A DNA stretch of 64,000 nucleotides from Mobula hypostoma. Taxonomy: Eukaryota. Below the pieces are notes generated by a model that saw only the letters and a list, made by a program, of their open reading frames with translations, was not told where the DNA came from and did no database searches. Position 1 is the stretch's first letter; every line of letters begins with the position of its first letter. The DNA lies in NCBI RefSeq assembly GCF_963921235.1, contig NC_086097.1, positions 127,288,001 to 127,352,000 of the forward strand, in the 5' to 3' direction. The position numbers were made by a program, and so were the translations under genes. This document shows positions 49,480 to 62,900 of this stretch, piece after piece.

Positions 49480-52400
49480 TAAAGTTCTATAAGAGCTGCC
49501 CTCCACAGTTGCCTGTGGCAATGAATTCCACAGATTCTCCACCCTTTGACTAAAGAAATTCCTCTTCACCTCCATTCTAAATGCATGTCCACCTATTCTC
49601 AGGTTGTGCCCTCCGGTCCTAGACTCTCGCACTGTCGGAAGCATCCTCTCCACATCCACATTATCTCAGCCTTTCGACATCCGATAGATTTCAATGAGAT
49701 CCCCCCTCATTCTTCTAAACTCCAGCGAGTGCAGGCCCAGAGCCATCAAATGCTCCTCATGTGTTAACCCTTTTATTTCTGGGGTCATTCTCCTGAATCT
49801 TCTCTGGACACTCTCCAATATCAGCACATGCTTTCTTAGATAAGGGGCCCAAAACTGCTCACATTACTCCAAGTTAGGCCTCTCCACTGCCTTATGAAAC
49901 TTCAGCATTACATCTTTGTTTTATATTCTAGTCTTCACAAAATGAATACCAGTATTGTATTTGCTTTCCTCACCACTGACTCAACTTGCAGGTTAACCTT
50001 TAGGGAATCCTGCACAAGGACTCCCAGGTCACTTTGCACCTTGGATTTTTAAATATATACTTCTATTCCTTCTACCAAAGTGCATCGTGCTTCCTGGCAC
50101 TGTATTCTATCTGCCACTTCTTTGCCCATTCTCCTAATCTGTCTAAGTCCTTCTGCAGCCTTCCTGTTTCCTCAACACTACCTGCCCCTCCACCTAACTT
50201 GGTATAATTTGCAAATTTGGCCACAAAGCCATCAATTCTGTCATCCAAATCATTGACATAAAATTGGGTTCTTTTGGGTCTCCTGCTTTGTCACTACCTG
50301 TGAGCAAGCAAATCTCAAGGTTATATAATTTATACATTTTCTGATAATAAATGTACTTGAATCTTGAATCTCTTTGGCTAGCTTACTTTTTCGCTCTTTT
50401 TGGCTTTTTTTCAGTGGCCTTCTGTTGATTCTTAAAAACTTCCCAATCCTCTAACTTCCCACTAATTTTTGCTCTATTATATACCCTCTCTTTTGCTTTT
50501 ATGTTGGCTTTGACTTCCCTTGTCAATCATAGTTCCCTCATCCTCCCTTTAGAATACTTTTTCTTCTTCTTTTGAATGTATATCCTGCACCTTCTGAATT
50601 GCTCCCAGGAAATCTAACCATTGCTGCTCAGCTGTCATTCCTGTTAATGTCCCCCTCCAATCAACTTTGGCCAGCTCCCCTCATGTTTCTGCAATTCCAC
50701 TGTAATACTGATACATCTGACTTTAGATTCTTGGGCCTCTCAAATTGCAGGGTGAATTCTATCATATTATGATCACTGCCTCCTAAATGTTCCTTTACCT
50801 TAATCTCCCTAATCAAATACGATTCCGTACACAACACCCAATTCACAATAGCTGATCTCCTAGTGGGTTTAACCACAAGCTGCTCAAAAAAGCTATTTTT
50901 ATAAATTCTCCCTCTTGGGATCCTGCACCAACCTGATTTTACCAAGCTACCTACACATTAAAATCCCCCATGGCTGTCGTAACACTGCCCTTTTGACATG
51001 CATTTTCTATTCTCCCGGTGTAACTTGTACACCACATCTTTGCTCATGTTCGGACGTCTGTATATAACTCCTATCAGGGTCTTTTTATCTTTGCAGTTTC
51101 TTAGCTCGACCACAATGATTCTACGCCTTCAGTTTTGGTGTCATCTCTTTCTAACCATTTGATTTCATCTTTCACTAGAAGAGCCACCCAACCCCCTCTG
51201 CATGTCCTTTCGATACAATGTGTATCCTTGGATGTTAAGCTCCCAACCATCATCTTTTCTCAGCCACAACTCAGTGATGCCCACTACTTCACATCAGCCC
51301 ATCTCTAACGGCGCTACAAGATCATCTACCTTATTCTGTATACTGCGTGCGTTCAAATATAACACCTTCAATCTTGTTTTTGTCGCCCTTTTCGATATTG
51401 TCCCCCTGTTACACTTGAACTGATTCCACTGACTGCAATATTGCCCTATCATCTGCTTGTCCTTCCTGACAGTCTTGCTACACGCTGCCTCTGCTTGTAT
51501 ACCAACTGCCCCATCCTCAGCCCCATCACTCAGTTTCCCACCCCCCTGCCACGTTGGTGTAAACCCTCCCCAACATCCCCAGCAAACCCACCCACAAGGT
51601 TATTGATCCCCCTGGGGTTCAGGAGTAACCCATCCCTTTTGTACAGGTCATACCTTCCCCAGAAGGAAATCCCAATGATCCAGAAATCTGAAACCCTGAC
51701 CCCCGCACCAACCCCGTTCCTCAGCTGCGTGCTCATCTGCCAAATCAGCCTATTCTTACCTTCATTAGCACCTGGCAGCAATCCAGAGATTACTATCCTG
51801 GGGGTCCTGCTTATCAACTTTCTACCTAGCTCCCTAAATTCTCTCTTTAGGGCCTCCTCCTTTTTCCTACCTGTGTCATTGGTGCCAATATGTATCAAGA
51901 CTTGTGGCTGTTCACCCTCCCCCTTTAGAATGCTGTGGTCCTGATTTGAGATGTCCCTGACAATGACACCTGGGAGGCAACGTACCATCCAGGTGCCTCT
52001 AACACATCAGACACGAGAGTGCATGGCTCCCCTAACTATGGAATCCCGTGTCACTACTCCCCCACTACTATTCTGAGCCTCAGTGCCAGAGACCTGATTG
52101 CTATGGCTTCCTCCTGGTGGGTCGTCCTCCCCAACAGTATCCAAAGTGTTATACTTATTATTGAGGGAAACAGCCACATGCTCTGCACTGTCTGCCCATT
52201 TCCTTTTCATCTGCTGACAGTCACTCAGGTACCTGCCTGCTTCAGCTGGGTGACCAGCTCCCTGTAGCTCCTATCTATCACTTCTTCAGTTTCATGTATG
52301 AGCTGAACGTCAGCAGGTTGCAGCTGCAGTTCCCTAACATGTTCTCTGAGGAGCTGCAGCTCAGCACACCTGGTGAAAAGAGGTTATCCAGGAGTCTGGA

Positions 52401-52500
52401 GGTCTCCCAGAATTCCCACATCTCACACAAAGAACACAACACTACACGAACTACGTTCTAATAGGGGAAGAATGAAGAAGAAACTGACCAAATACTTCCA
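49480..52500 (-). mobile_element. CR1 LINE, internally deleted and decayed (ORF1 SGNH esterase, EN, RT, 3' end)
   Basis: ORF1 VRCLPG...VLIHIGTNDTG; EN HLGGSDHNMIEF; 3' NFFSQRVENLWNSLP. Confidence 0.88.
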
Positions 52501-53324
52501 CGCCAAAGCCTCCCCACTCCAACACTGGTCCACTCACACAATGGCCGCTCCACTTGTCCCTGCCTTATTTTTAATTGCCCTTGCTAATGAATTTTGATTT
52601 AATTGAGGGGCTGCCAGAAAATCCTGAAAGCCCATGAACTCTCCTTTTTTAAAACCTCACTCACGGGCCTTTGAGTTGCCTCCTCTTTCGCTCCCGATTT
52701 GTTTGAACATAGTATCAGCGTATAGAGTCATTCAGGCTCATTAGATTATAGAAGGTATAGATAGAGTAGGCAGCCAGATTCTTTTTCCCAGGAGAGAGAA
52801 ATGTGAAGTGCTAGCGGTCATACAGTTGAGGACAAAGGGGTTATGTTCAAAGCAGAAGTGCAGGCTAGTTTTTCCACAAGGGGTGTCGCGTGCCTGGAAT
52901 GCACTGACAGTGGTGTTGGTGGAGGCAACTGGAAGCATTTGAAAGTTTGTTAGGTAAGCATGTGAATGTGCAGAGCATAGAGGGGTATGGACATTTCAAA
53001 GGCAGAAGGGATTAGTTTAGTTATGGACATTTAATTACTAGTTTAATTAGTTTGGCACAACAATGTGGACTGAAGGACCTCTTCCTCTGCTGTACTGTTC
53101 TATACTCTATTAAGAAAATGAGGAATACCTTCTCTTTGGGATGTGACTGTTAGGAGTTCTGTATGCAAGGACACGGGGGGTATTGTGTCGATGTATATCT
53201 TCTGGGCTGTGCTAGATGGCTGTAGCAACATGACCTTGCAGTGTGTCGTTCGGTCACTGTGCTTAGCACATCATAACCATGATCGCAGAAGTGGCTATGG
53301 TGTATTTATTTATTTCTTTAGAGC

Positions 53325-53402
53325 CAGGATTCCCAACGTGGGGTCCACAGACCCTTTGCTGGTGGTAATTGTCCATGGCATAGAAAACGTTGGGAGCCCC
53401 TG
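53325..53402. mobile_element. hAT (Charlie/MER5-like) MITE
   Basis: Imperfect TIRs CAGGATTCCCAACGT...ACGTTGGGAGCCCCTG; flanks CTTTAGAG/GTTTATAG resemble an 8-bp TSD. Confidence 0.65.
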
Positions 53403-53419
53403 GTTTATAGTGTAGAATA

Positions 53420-53670
53420 GGCCCTCCCAGCCCTTCAAGCCACTCTGCCTGCAACCCACCGGTTTAACTCTACCCTGATCACGGGACGACTTACAATGAC
53501 CTATTAACCTACTAACTGGTGTGTCTGTGGACTGTGGGAGGAAACCAGAGCACCCGGAGGAAACCCACACGGTTGTGGGGAGAACGTACAAACACCTTAC
53601 AGAAGAGGCCGGGATTGAAATCTGAACTCCAACGTCCCGAGCTGTAATAGCGTGATGCTAACCACTACGG
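53420..53670 (-). mobile_element. tRNA-derived V-SINE
   Basis: Minus CCGTAGTGGTTAGCATCACGCTATTACAGCTCGGG...TGTACGTTCTCCCC...GGGTTTCCTCCGGGTGCTCTGGTTTCCTCCCACAGTCC. Confidence 0.8.
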
Positions 53671-53769
53671 CACATAACATGCGTCTGGTATGTTCTACAT
53701 AAATTTAAAATACATTTCTCTCTGAGCATGAAGAAGATGCCTTTGAGATAGATGGCATCTACCATTCAA

Positions 53770-56470
53770 CTTAACTAACAAAATAAGCCCTGGTAGGGGG
53801 TCAACATCTTTGTGGGCAGGTTTACGAGAACTCTAGGAGTGGGTTTAAATAAACTAGGTTGCCAAGGGGATGGGAACCAGAGTGATTGGTGAGAGGATGG
53901 AACAGTTTCTGTAAAGGTAGATGAAATGAATAGAGTGATTGTCAGGAGGGACAGGCAGTGGATAGGGCATAATTATAGTCAGTTGGATGGTTGCAATATG
54001 TATACTTTAGTGCAGGAAGTATCAGGAATCAGGGTGATGATCTTAGATCAGTGCACGGAACTACAGCTTTGTAGACATTACAGAGACTTGGCAAGAGACA
54101 AAAGCAGGAATGGCTGATGAATGTTCTGGGGCTGAGATCTTTCAAAAGGGACTGGGAAGGATGTAAGAGAGCTGGGCGCATGGCATTGCTAACCAGAGAT
54201 AGTATCACAGCTGCAGAAAGGGATTACGTCGTGGAGGGATCGTCTACTGAGTCAGTGTGGGTGGAAGTCAGAAACAGGAAGGGAGCATTCACTCTACTGG
54301 GAGCATTCTGTGGACCTCCCAGTTGAACCGAGACATTGAGGAGCGGATCGGAAGGCAGATTTTAGAAAAGAGCACAAACAACAGCATCGTTGTCATGGGC
54401 GACCTCATTTCCCTAATATAGATTGGCATCTCCTTGGTGAAAAAAGTTTAGATGGGGCAGAATATGTTGGGTGTGTCCTGGAAGGATTCCTGACACATTA
54501 TGCAGACAGGCCAACTAGAGGAGAGGCCATATTGGATGAAGTACTAGTCAGTTAGCTCGATCAGTGACATATCTCTCGGCGGGTGAGCATTTCAGAGACA
54601 GTGACCTCGGTTCCCTGACCTTTACATATCCTTGGAGAGGGATATGGGCAGTCAGTATGGAGGGGTATTTAATTAGGAGCGAGAGAGAACTATGATGCTA
54701 TTATGCAGGAACTTGGAAGCATAAAATTGGGAACAGATGTAGTCAGGGAAATACATAACAGAAACCTGTAGGGTTAGGGAGCACTTGCATGGGGTTCTAG
54801 ATAGGATTGTCCCATTGAGGCCGGAAAAGGATGGTAGGGTGAAGGAACCATGGTTGACACAGATGTGGAACATCTAGTCAAGAGAAAGAAGGAAGGTTTA
54901 TGAAGCAAGGATCAGACTAGGCCCTTGAGAATTATAAATTGCCTGGAAGAAGCTTAAGAAGGGACCGAGGAGAGCTAGAAGGGGACACGAGAAAGTCTTG
55001 ATGAATAAGATTAAGGAAAACCTCAAGGCATTATACACATACATGAACAGTAGGTTGACTAGAGCGAGAGTGGGACCAGTTAAGGATAAAAAAATGAAAC
55101 ATGCCTGAACTCAGAGGAGGTAGGGAAGGTCCTTAATGAATACTTTGATTCAGTGTTCACCAGTGAGAGGGACATTGACAAATAGGAGAACACTCATAGA
55201 ACAGGCTAATTTGCTGGAACAGATTAACATTGAGAAAGAGAATGTGCCGGAACTTTTGAAAAACATTATATAAGACAAGTCCCTGGGGCCAAGTGGAATA
55301 TACCCCAGGTTACTATGGGAAGTAAAAGAAAATCCTTACTGACCACAGGAGTAGTTCCAGAAGATTGGCGGGTGGCAAATGTTCCATTGTTCAAGAAAGG
55401 TAATAGGAATAATCCTGGGAGTTATAGACCAGTGAGTCTTACTTCAGTGGTGGGTAACCTATTGGAAAGGATCCTTAAAGGATTTACAAGCATTTGGAGA
55501 AACATTGTCTGATTAAGGTTAGTCAGCATGGCCTTGTTAGGGGCAGGTCATGCCTCAGAAGCCTAATAGAATTATTTGAAAAAGTGATCAAAGAAATGGA
55601 TGAAGGTGGAGCAGTGGATGTAATGTGTATGGATTTTAGTAAGTGCTTGACAAGGTGCATTTAGAAAGTCTGAAGGCATGGGATTCAGGGATACCTGGCT
55701 GTGTGAATTCAGAATGGGCTTGCCTGTAGAAGGCAGAGAGGGTGGTTGCAGATGGAGTGTATTTTACCTGAAGGCCAGTGACGAGTGGTGTTCTGCAAGG
55801 ATCTGTTCTGGTACCCTTGCTCTTGGTGATTTTTATCAATGAATATCAGACTCTGGGTTAGTAAAAGTTTATTGATTACAAGAGGTTGATGGTGGTGTGT
55901 GCTAGTGTAGGTGGTGGTTGTAGGTTACAGCAGGACATTGATAGGATGCAGAGCTAAGCTGAGAAGTGATAGAGAGAGTTTAATTTGGAAAAGTCTGAAG
56001 CAATTCGCTTTGGAAGATCGAATTTGAAGAGCAGAATACAGTGTTAATGGAAGAACAGAGGGATCTTGGGGTCCACATCTATAGATCCCTCAAAGTTGCC
56101 ACACAAGTTGATAGGCTGGTTAAAAAGATGTATGGTGTGTTGGCCATGGGGTAAGGTAGCATCTCTGTACACTCTAGGTTCATCCACACTTGCGAGTATT
56201 GTGTTGATTTCTGGTCGCCTCATTAGAGGAAGGATGCAAAAGCTTTAGAGCGCAAAGTCAGAGGTGATTTACCTGGATGCTACCTGGATTAGAGAGCATG
56301 TCATCTGAGGAAAGGTTGAGCAAGCCAGGGCTTTTCTGTTTGGAGCAAAGCGGGCTGAGTGTACAAGATGATGAGGCATTACAGAGTGGACATCCCACAC
56401 ATTTTTCCCAGAGTAGAAATAACTAGTGACGAGAGGGCATAATTTTAAGGCGAACAGAAGGAAGTATGGG
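53770..56470 (+). mobile_element. CR1 LINE ORF2 (EN and RT), decayed
   Basis: STESVWVEVRNRKG; TGVVPEDWRVANVPLFKKG...PGSYRPVSLTSVVG; SGVLQGSVL. Confidence 0.9.
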
Positions 56471-59400
56471 GTCATGGAAAGACCATGATCACCTACGTCA
56501 TACGACACGGTGCATAACCAACGAACTGTTACATACTGTCTTTGTACCAGTGCTGTCTGCCATCAGTATGCTTAATCTTTTGACATATCCTTACCTTGTG
56601 CTTTCTGGCTTTTGACTATATGTTTGCACATCAAAAAGCCTCATCCATGAACTCAGTGTTCAGCCCTCTCCGGGGCAGACTTGTCTCCTTTTGCAGAACT
56701 GCACTGGATGTATCTTCACTGTGCTTGTGATAATCTGTGTCACAAAATGATCACTCCAGAAATAAATATTTGCCCTTTAACAAATACATTTGTCTACCTG
56801 GTCACCACACTGACAGCACCAGAAGTCAGGATTGAAGACAGATTACTAGAGCTGTTTGGCAGCAACACTACCCACTGCACCACATCACAGCCCTTTGGAG
56901 AAAATACCTTCTCAAAATACAGGGCTTTCCTTTCTCTCCTCTACAGCCACCTCACCCTACCCAGCCCTTTTTGTTCAATAAAGTGATGGCCCCTGATGGC
57001 TTCAGATCATAAGATAAGATATATGAGCAGAATTAGGCCATTTGGCCCATTGAGCTTGTTTTCGCCATTCTACCATGGCTTTCTTTTACTCGCTGTACAA
57101 TGGTAACGAGATCAAACAAGTAGAGTTGCCCCTGAATTCCTGTAGTCACACAGCACAGAAAAGGCCCTTCAGCCCATCATGTCTGACCTTCTAATGCGTA
57201 CCAATCTAAAGTAATCTAATCCAAATTCTTACACTCAACCCATTCCTTCTATGTAGTGCATTTCAAATGCTCAGTAAATATTGAACTCTTGGAGATTATC
57301 TTCCATCAGCCTCTCAGACAGCTGAGTTCCAGTTCCCAATCACCCTCTCGGTGTAAGTATTTTTCCTCAAATCCTCTCTAAATCTCCTATGCCTCAAATT
57401 AAATCTATGCCTTCTTGTCAGAGAAACCTCTGCTGTGGGGCTAGTTTTCTGACTTTACCCAATCTATTTTGTGTAACTCAATGTGTCCACTCAATCTGGT
57501 CTGCTTCAAAGAGACAATCCTACAGTATCAAGTTAGTGCTGGTATTATTTCTGGTACCTTTGGAGTTTTGGCCCACAGCTGCTACATTTCATTATCGTGT
57601 ATAGGAAGCACCATGCCAGATTCTGATGGAATTGCCTGCTGCCTCGGAAGGCGGCTAAAGAGGCCAAGTCAATATGAGGTTGATAGGTTCTTCATTAGTC
57701 AGGGCATCAAAGATTACAGGGAAAAGGCAGGAGTATGGCGGTTAAGAGGGATAGTAAATTATCTTGGTGGGCCAAATGGCCTAAATCTGCTCCTGCATTT
57801 TATGGTGTTATGGAATTCTTTTTGGAGTGGTCCAATCAAAAATTATAATTAAAAATGCTGGAAATACTCTGCAGGTCAGGCAATGCCTGTGGAAAGAGAA
57901 ATAAAGAGTTAACATGATGGGAGAATAATAGAAAACAAGCTCATTTTAACTTGCAGAGAGGATAGAGAAATTGTCTTCTTCTCGCTCTAGTGCATTATGT
58001 TCAGTGTTTTTTGCGTGGTCGCCTTAACGATGGGGAGAACAAAGCACGCAGATGTGGGACACCTTTGCTCATTCTGTAGGAGTGATTTGGCTCCCTATTA
58101 TCTGCCATTTAATTCTCCATCTCGCCCCCTCACTCTCTGTCTGTGGCTTTTGTTCTTGTTACAACAGGGCTCGTCAGTGTAAGCTTGCAAACCAGCTCCC
58201 TGTTTCTGTGTGGACACATTGCAGCCTTCCACACTTTATATTGAATTCTGCAACTTCGGGGAACTCATTTATGTGGTCTGCCTCAGAATAGGTGATCTCA
58301 GCAACGCCTTTTCCTCCATTAGTACAGTCTGGGCATGCCCTATCACATAGCATTTTGTATCTTTGTATTCTCACTCTAAGAAACTTTATTTCATGGTTTT
58401 TGTTCATTTTCTTTCTCTCTGACTGTTTCCTATTAACCTAGTGACCTGATGGTCACTACATCTCATCCCCATCACAGCTCTGACCTGACCCTATTTTTGC
58501 CCTGTTCCTCCCTCTACCACCCTCTCTGCAACTTAAAAGTTAACACATTTTCTTCCATTCCCAGTTCTACGTTTTTCTCCCCACAAATGTTGCCTGATCT
58601 GTTGAGCAGCTCCAGCATTTACCATTTTTATTTCACATTTCTATTTTATTTTAAAATTTTCATATTCAAAAACCTGGCTGGTGACGCTTCCCATTGTCAG
58701 CAGTAAGATCTTCTCCATCTCCATGGCAATGTAGGCAAGCGGCAGCAGCCGGCCACATTGTTCAGAATTACCTGCAGGTTTCTTTTTGGAAGACTTTGGG
58801 CTATGTAGCCCTGCTGTAAGGCATGAATACTTGACGAGGTGTGGTCCTTGGAGGAAGTGTTGCTGGTTTGTTAAACTGGTTTGGCTAATAGTTCTTCCCC
58901 ACCCCAGCTAGATAACATTGCCTGGAGTGCCACCATTTGCTCTGTGGATGCTATGCTACTAGGTTTGTTACTGAGCAATGCAAGAAGGGAGCGTCCTAAC
59001 TTTTCACTCTGGCCTGACTGAGTGGTCCCATGTATGGGCAGGAGATGGAGTTGCTGTGATTGACCTCAACACCCGTGGGTCTAGGAGAAAGGGATGGGAA
59101 TCAGCTTGAGCTGCTGCTGTGTCATGCTGCAGAGAAGCTCCTGCTGGAAACTGATGTAGTTCATTGTCAGGTAACAGAAGGACAAAGGTAGAGATTGACA
59201 CACTCTAGGAACATCCAGTTTACTCGGTACCATGACTGTCAGGAATGCTGATCCCCGGGGGAGGTGCTAAACAAAGGATTCTTTTTACAAACTTTTCCAC
59301 CTGAGTCTTGCAATCCTGGACAACTTCTTGGGACTGCAAGACCTCTAAATTCCTCATCTACTGTTCTTCCCTTCGCTAATCCTAAAATGGTTAATTTTCT

Positions 59401-59569
59401 GAAAATCAAAAATACTGCAGTTGCTAGAGATCTGCAATAGAGGCAGACAGTATCAGGAAACATTCATTGGGTGAATAATCTCTTGGTTGGATAGTGCTGG
59501 AAGACTGTTTTTGTGCTTACTGTGGTAAACATAACTGATAGAATTTATTGTCCCAGAGCTCCAGTAACT

Positions 59570-59800
59570 TTGGTACAGTCCTGATTTGGCTGCTGTTTCT
59601 GTGGAGTTTGCACGTTCGCCCTGTGACTCTCTGGGTTCCTCCTACATTCCCAAAAGGTGCAAGATTAATCGACTGCTGTACAATACCCCTAGTTAGGAGG
59701 TAGGTGGTGGAACAAGTAGAAACGTCCGGAGAATTAATGGGATTGCTCTGTGAGCTGGCAAAGACTCAATGGGCCAAATGGCCTCATCCCACATTGTAAG
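59570..59800 (+). mobile_element. V-SINE (HE1-like) fragment
   Basis: CTGTGGAGTTTGCACGTTCGCCCTGTGAC...CTCAATGGGCCAAATGGCCTC. Confidence 0.65.
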
Positions 59801-59987
59801 GAGATATGGAATGCAGCGTAAAAGAAATGTGGCATACTTTTGAGGGAATGGGGCACTTTGTAAGCTGAGTTGCTGCTAGATTAGCCTAGTAGTTTACTGA
59901 CGTATATTTACCAGGTTCTCATCCCTTCACTGCTGATATGCGATCTGATCTTGGGTCTTCCATTTAAAAGTTGCTATCTGTTTCAAA

Positions 59988-62900
59988 TGTTTTTATTGTG
60001 AAGCAACATCAGCTTAACCACAACAGACAATGTCCTAAAGTCCAATGCTTTTTTCTTTTCTTTCTTATAACAACATAATGAAAATCAAATGATTGTATGT
60101 ATAGTAAACAAGCAAAAAGCAAAGGAAACCCTACCGCCCCGTCTCCTTTCCCCTTCCCAGCCCTGCCCTCCCCTCACCCCTCCTGTATGTGCTGTTTAGG
60201 TCCTACCGCCCTCCACACTTAGTTCAGCTGTCGGTCTCTTCTAAATACAACAGTAATGGTTGCCGGCTTTTTTCAAATTCCTTGAGTCTGTCCTTGATAA
60301 TGTATCTTATCCTCTCTAGATGCAGAGTGTCCATTAACACAGCCAGTCGTTGTCTGAGTAATGGAGTTTCCTCCTTTTTCCAGAATATCAGTATGAGTTT
60401 CTTTCCATTAAGTATGCCATAGGTCAGGAGTTGTTGCTGGGTAGCCTGGAATTTATTTGACCTCACAGAAGTTCCAAAAATTATTAAAATGGGGTCTGGT
60501 ATTATCTGAACCTTTAGTACCTTCGATAGGACCTCAAATATTTGCTTTCAATACTCTTGTGTCCTGGAACATAAAGCATAACTATGTAACAAATTTGCCT
60601 CCGAAGACTTGCATTTCTCACACATTGGAGAAACCTCTGGGAATATTTTATGAATCCTTACTTTTGAGTAATGTAGTCTATGTAAGATTTTAAATTGTAT
60701 TAAATAATGCCTGGCATTGATGGAACAGGAGTTAACATACTCCAAAGCCTCATTCCATATAACCCCCTCTATCTCTGTACCCAACTCCTTTTCCCACCCT
60801 CACTCTTTTTTAATATTATCCATTGTTGTATGGCAATTATTTTGTATGGCACCACACAGATAGTGTTCTGTCCCTAAACATGACCTTAAATGATTATCTA
60901 ATTTATCAGGTTCTACCGTCTCAAAACCAGAAAGATGTAATCTTATATAGTGTCTTAGCTGGAGATACCTGAAAAAATGACTCTTTTGCAATCCAAATTT
61001 GTCCTGGAGCTGCCAAAATGACGCAAAAACCCCTTGTATGTATAAGTCTCCAGTGCTGTGTTTCCCTAATTCTCGCCATGCATCAAAGGCCCCATCTATA
61101 TATGAGGGGATAAGAGGGGTTCGCTGATATAGGTACAAGAGAGGATAGAGTTCTGTGTTTCAAAAACTTCCCCATTTGTCTCCACATCTGTATGGTGCTA
61201 TGGATAATGGGATTGCCTCTATAACAAGCTTTATTTAACCGAATTGGGGACATAATGATTGCCCCTATGGAATATGGTAGGCAATCCTCACACTCCATCT
61301 CCAACCATCCGGGAAGTACAACTGTATCATCTATCCAGTATGCTATATGGCTGATGTTAGCAGCCCAGTAATAAAAAATAAAGTTGGGTAGTGCCAGCTC
61401 CCCCCACTAGTCTTATTCTTGCAGAGATGTTCTTTCCTAATTCAATAGGCTTTATAATTCCATATGAAAGGTAGAATTATTGAATCTAATCCTTTAAAAA
61501 ATGTTTTGGTAAGATACAGGGGCAGGTTCTGAAATAGAGCAGTTGGGGAAGGAAGACCATCTTGACTGCATTTACTCTACCCACTAAAGAAATTGGGAGT
61601 GTCTTCCAAAATTCTATTTTCTTTTTAATCTTTTCAATTAGAGGGGTAAAATTCGCTTCAAATAGAGAGCTATACTTTTTGGTTATTGCAATTCCAAGCT
61701 AAGTAAACTTCTCAAGGGTTATTTTGAATGGAAATTGTTTAAGCCCCTCCTGTTCTTCTACTCGAATAATTCACTTTTCCCCCAATTAATCTTATACCCC
61801 GAGAAAGTGCCAAATAAGTTGACTATTTCCAGCAAAACTGGAATAGTAATATATAGTTTTGTTACAAACAACAAAACTTCGTCCACATAAAAGGAAATTT
61901 TGTTGATAGTATATTCTGTATTGTACCCATAAATTTCGGGGTGAGAACATATAGTCTCCACCAGTGATTCCAGGGCCAACGCAAACAATAAGGGACTTAA
62001 TGCACAGCCCTGTCTTGTGCCCCTGTGCAAACTGAATAGTTCCAAGAGGGTCTAATTAGTTAGTATTTTAGCACTAGGGTTACTGTACAGTAGCTTAATC
62101 GAAGTTATAAATTTGTCTCCCATTCCAAATTTTTTCAAAACCTCGCAGAGGTATTGCCATTCCACTTGGTCGAATGCTTCCTCAGCACCTAAACTTAATA
62201 TTGTAAGGCCTTCCTTCGGATGTCTTGGGGAATGCATTATACTAAGAAGACGCCTGATGTTATGGAAAGATAAACCCCGTTTGATCTGAATGTAACCCCC
62301 CCCCCCCCCCGATAAGCCTCAGGGTCGCTCAACTCACTGTCGTCTAGGGGAAGCAGCCTTCAGCCCTGCCAAACTGGGTAATTAAGTTTGTGTGGATGCT
62401 GTGTGATGTACCCCACCCCGCCATATAACAAACAATACACCATATACGATTAAATGATTACAATTTATAGATATTACTGGAATTGTATAATTAATAGAGA
62501 TAAAATATAAAAGGAAAGTAAAAGGCGCCAAACTTATCAAAGTTCAACCTCTTCGTGCACAAAAGTTGGAGCTGTAGTAACGGGGTCGGCTTTCCGCCAC
62601 TCGATCCCCTCCGACCACCTCGACCCACCACCTGGGGCCAACCACGGTGATCGACCAGACGCTCCACACGGGTCTGTCTTCATCTCCTCTCCTCGCCGAA
62701 GACCCGGGACCTTGGACTCCAACTCGGGGCCCGCCCTGTCGGCCAGCTCACAGCATTGTGTCCACTCTCTCTGTCCCCATCACGCCTTCTGCCCCAAAAC
62801 CCGTGCATCACAATAGCTTGCAGACACACAAGAAAGAATAACATCTATCCCAATTGGTTAGCAACTGAATACACTCCCTCTATAACCCAAACAAGCTGCT

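Noticed and set aside
53590..53670. tRNA gene
   Set aside because: The tRNA-like head runs into a V-SINE body and no complete cloverleaf is evident.
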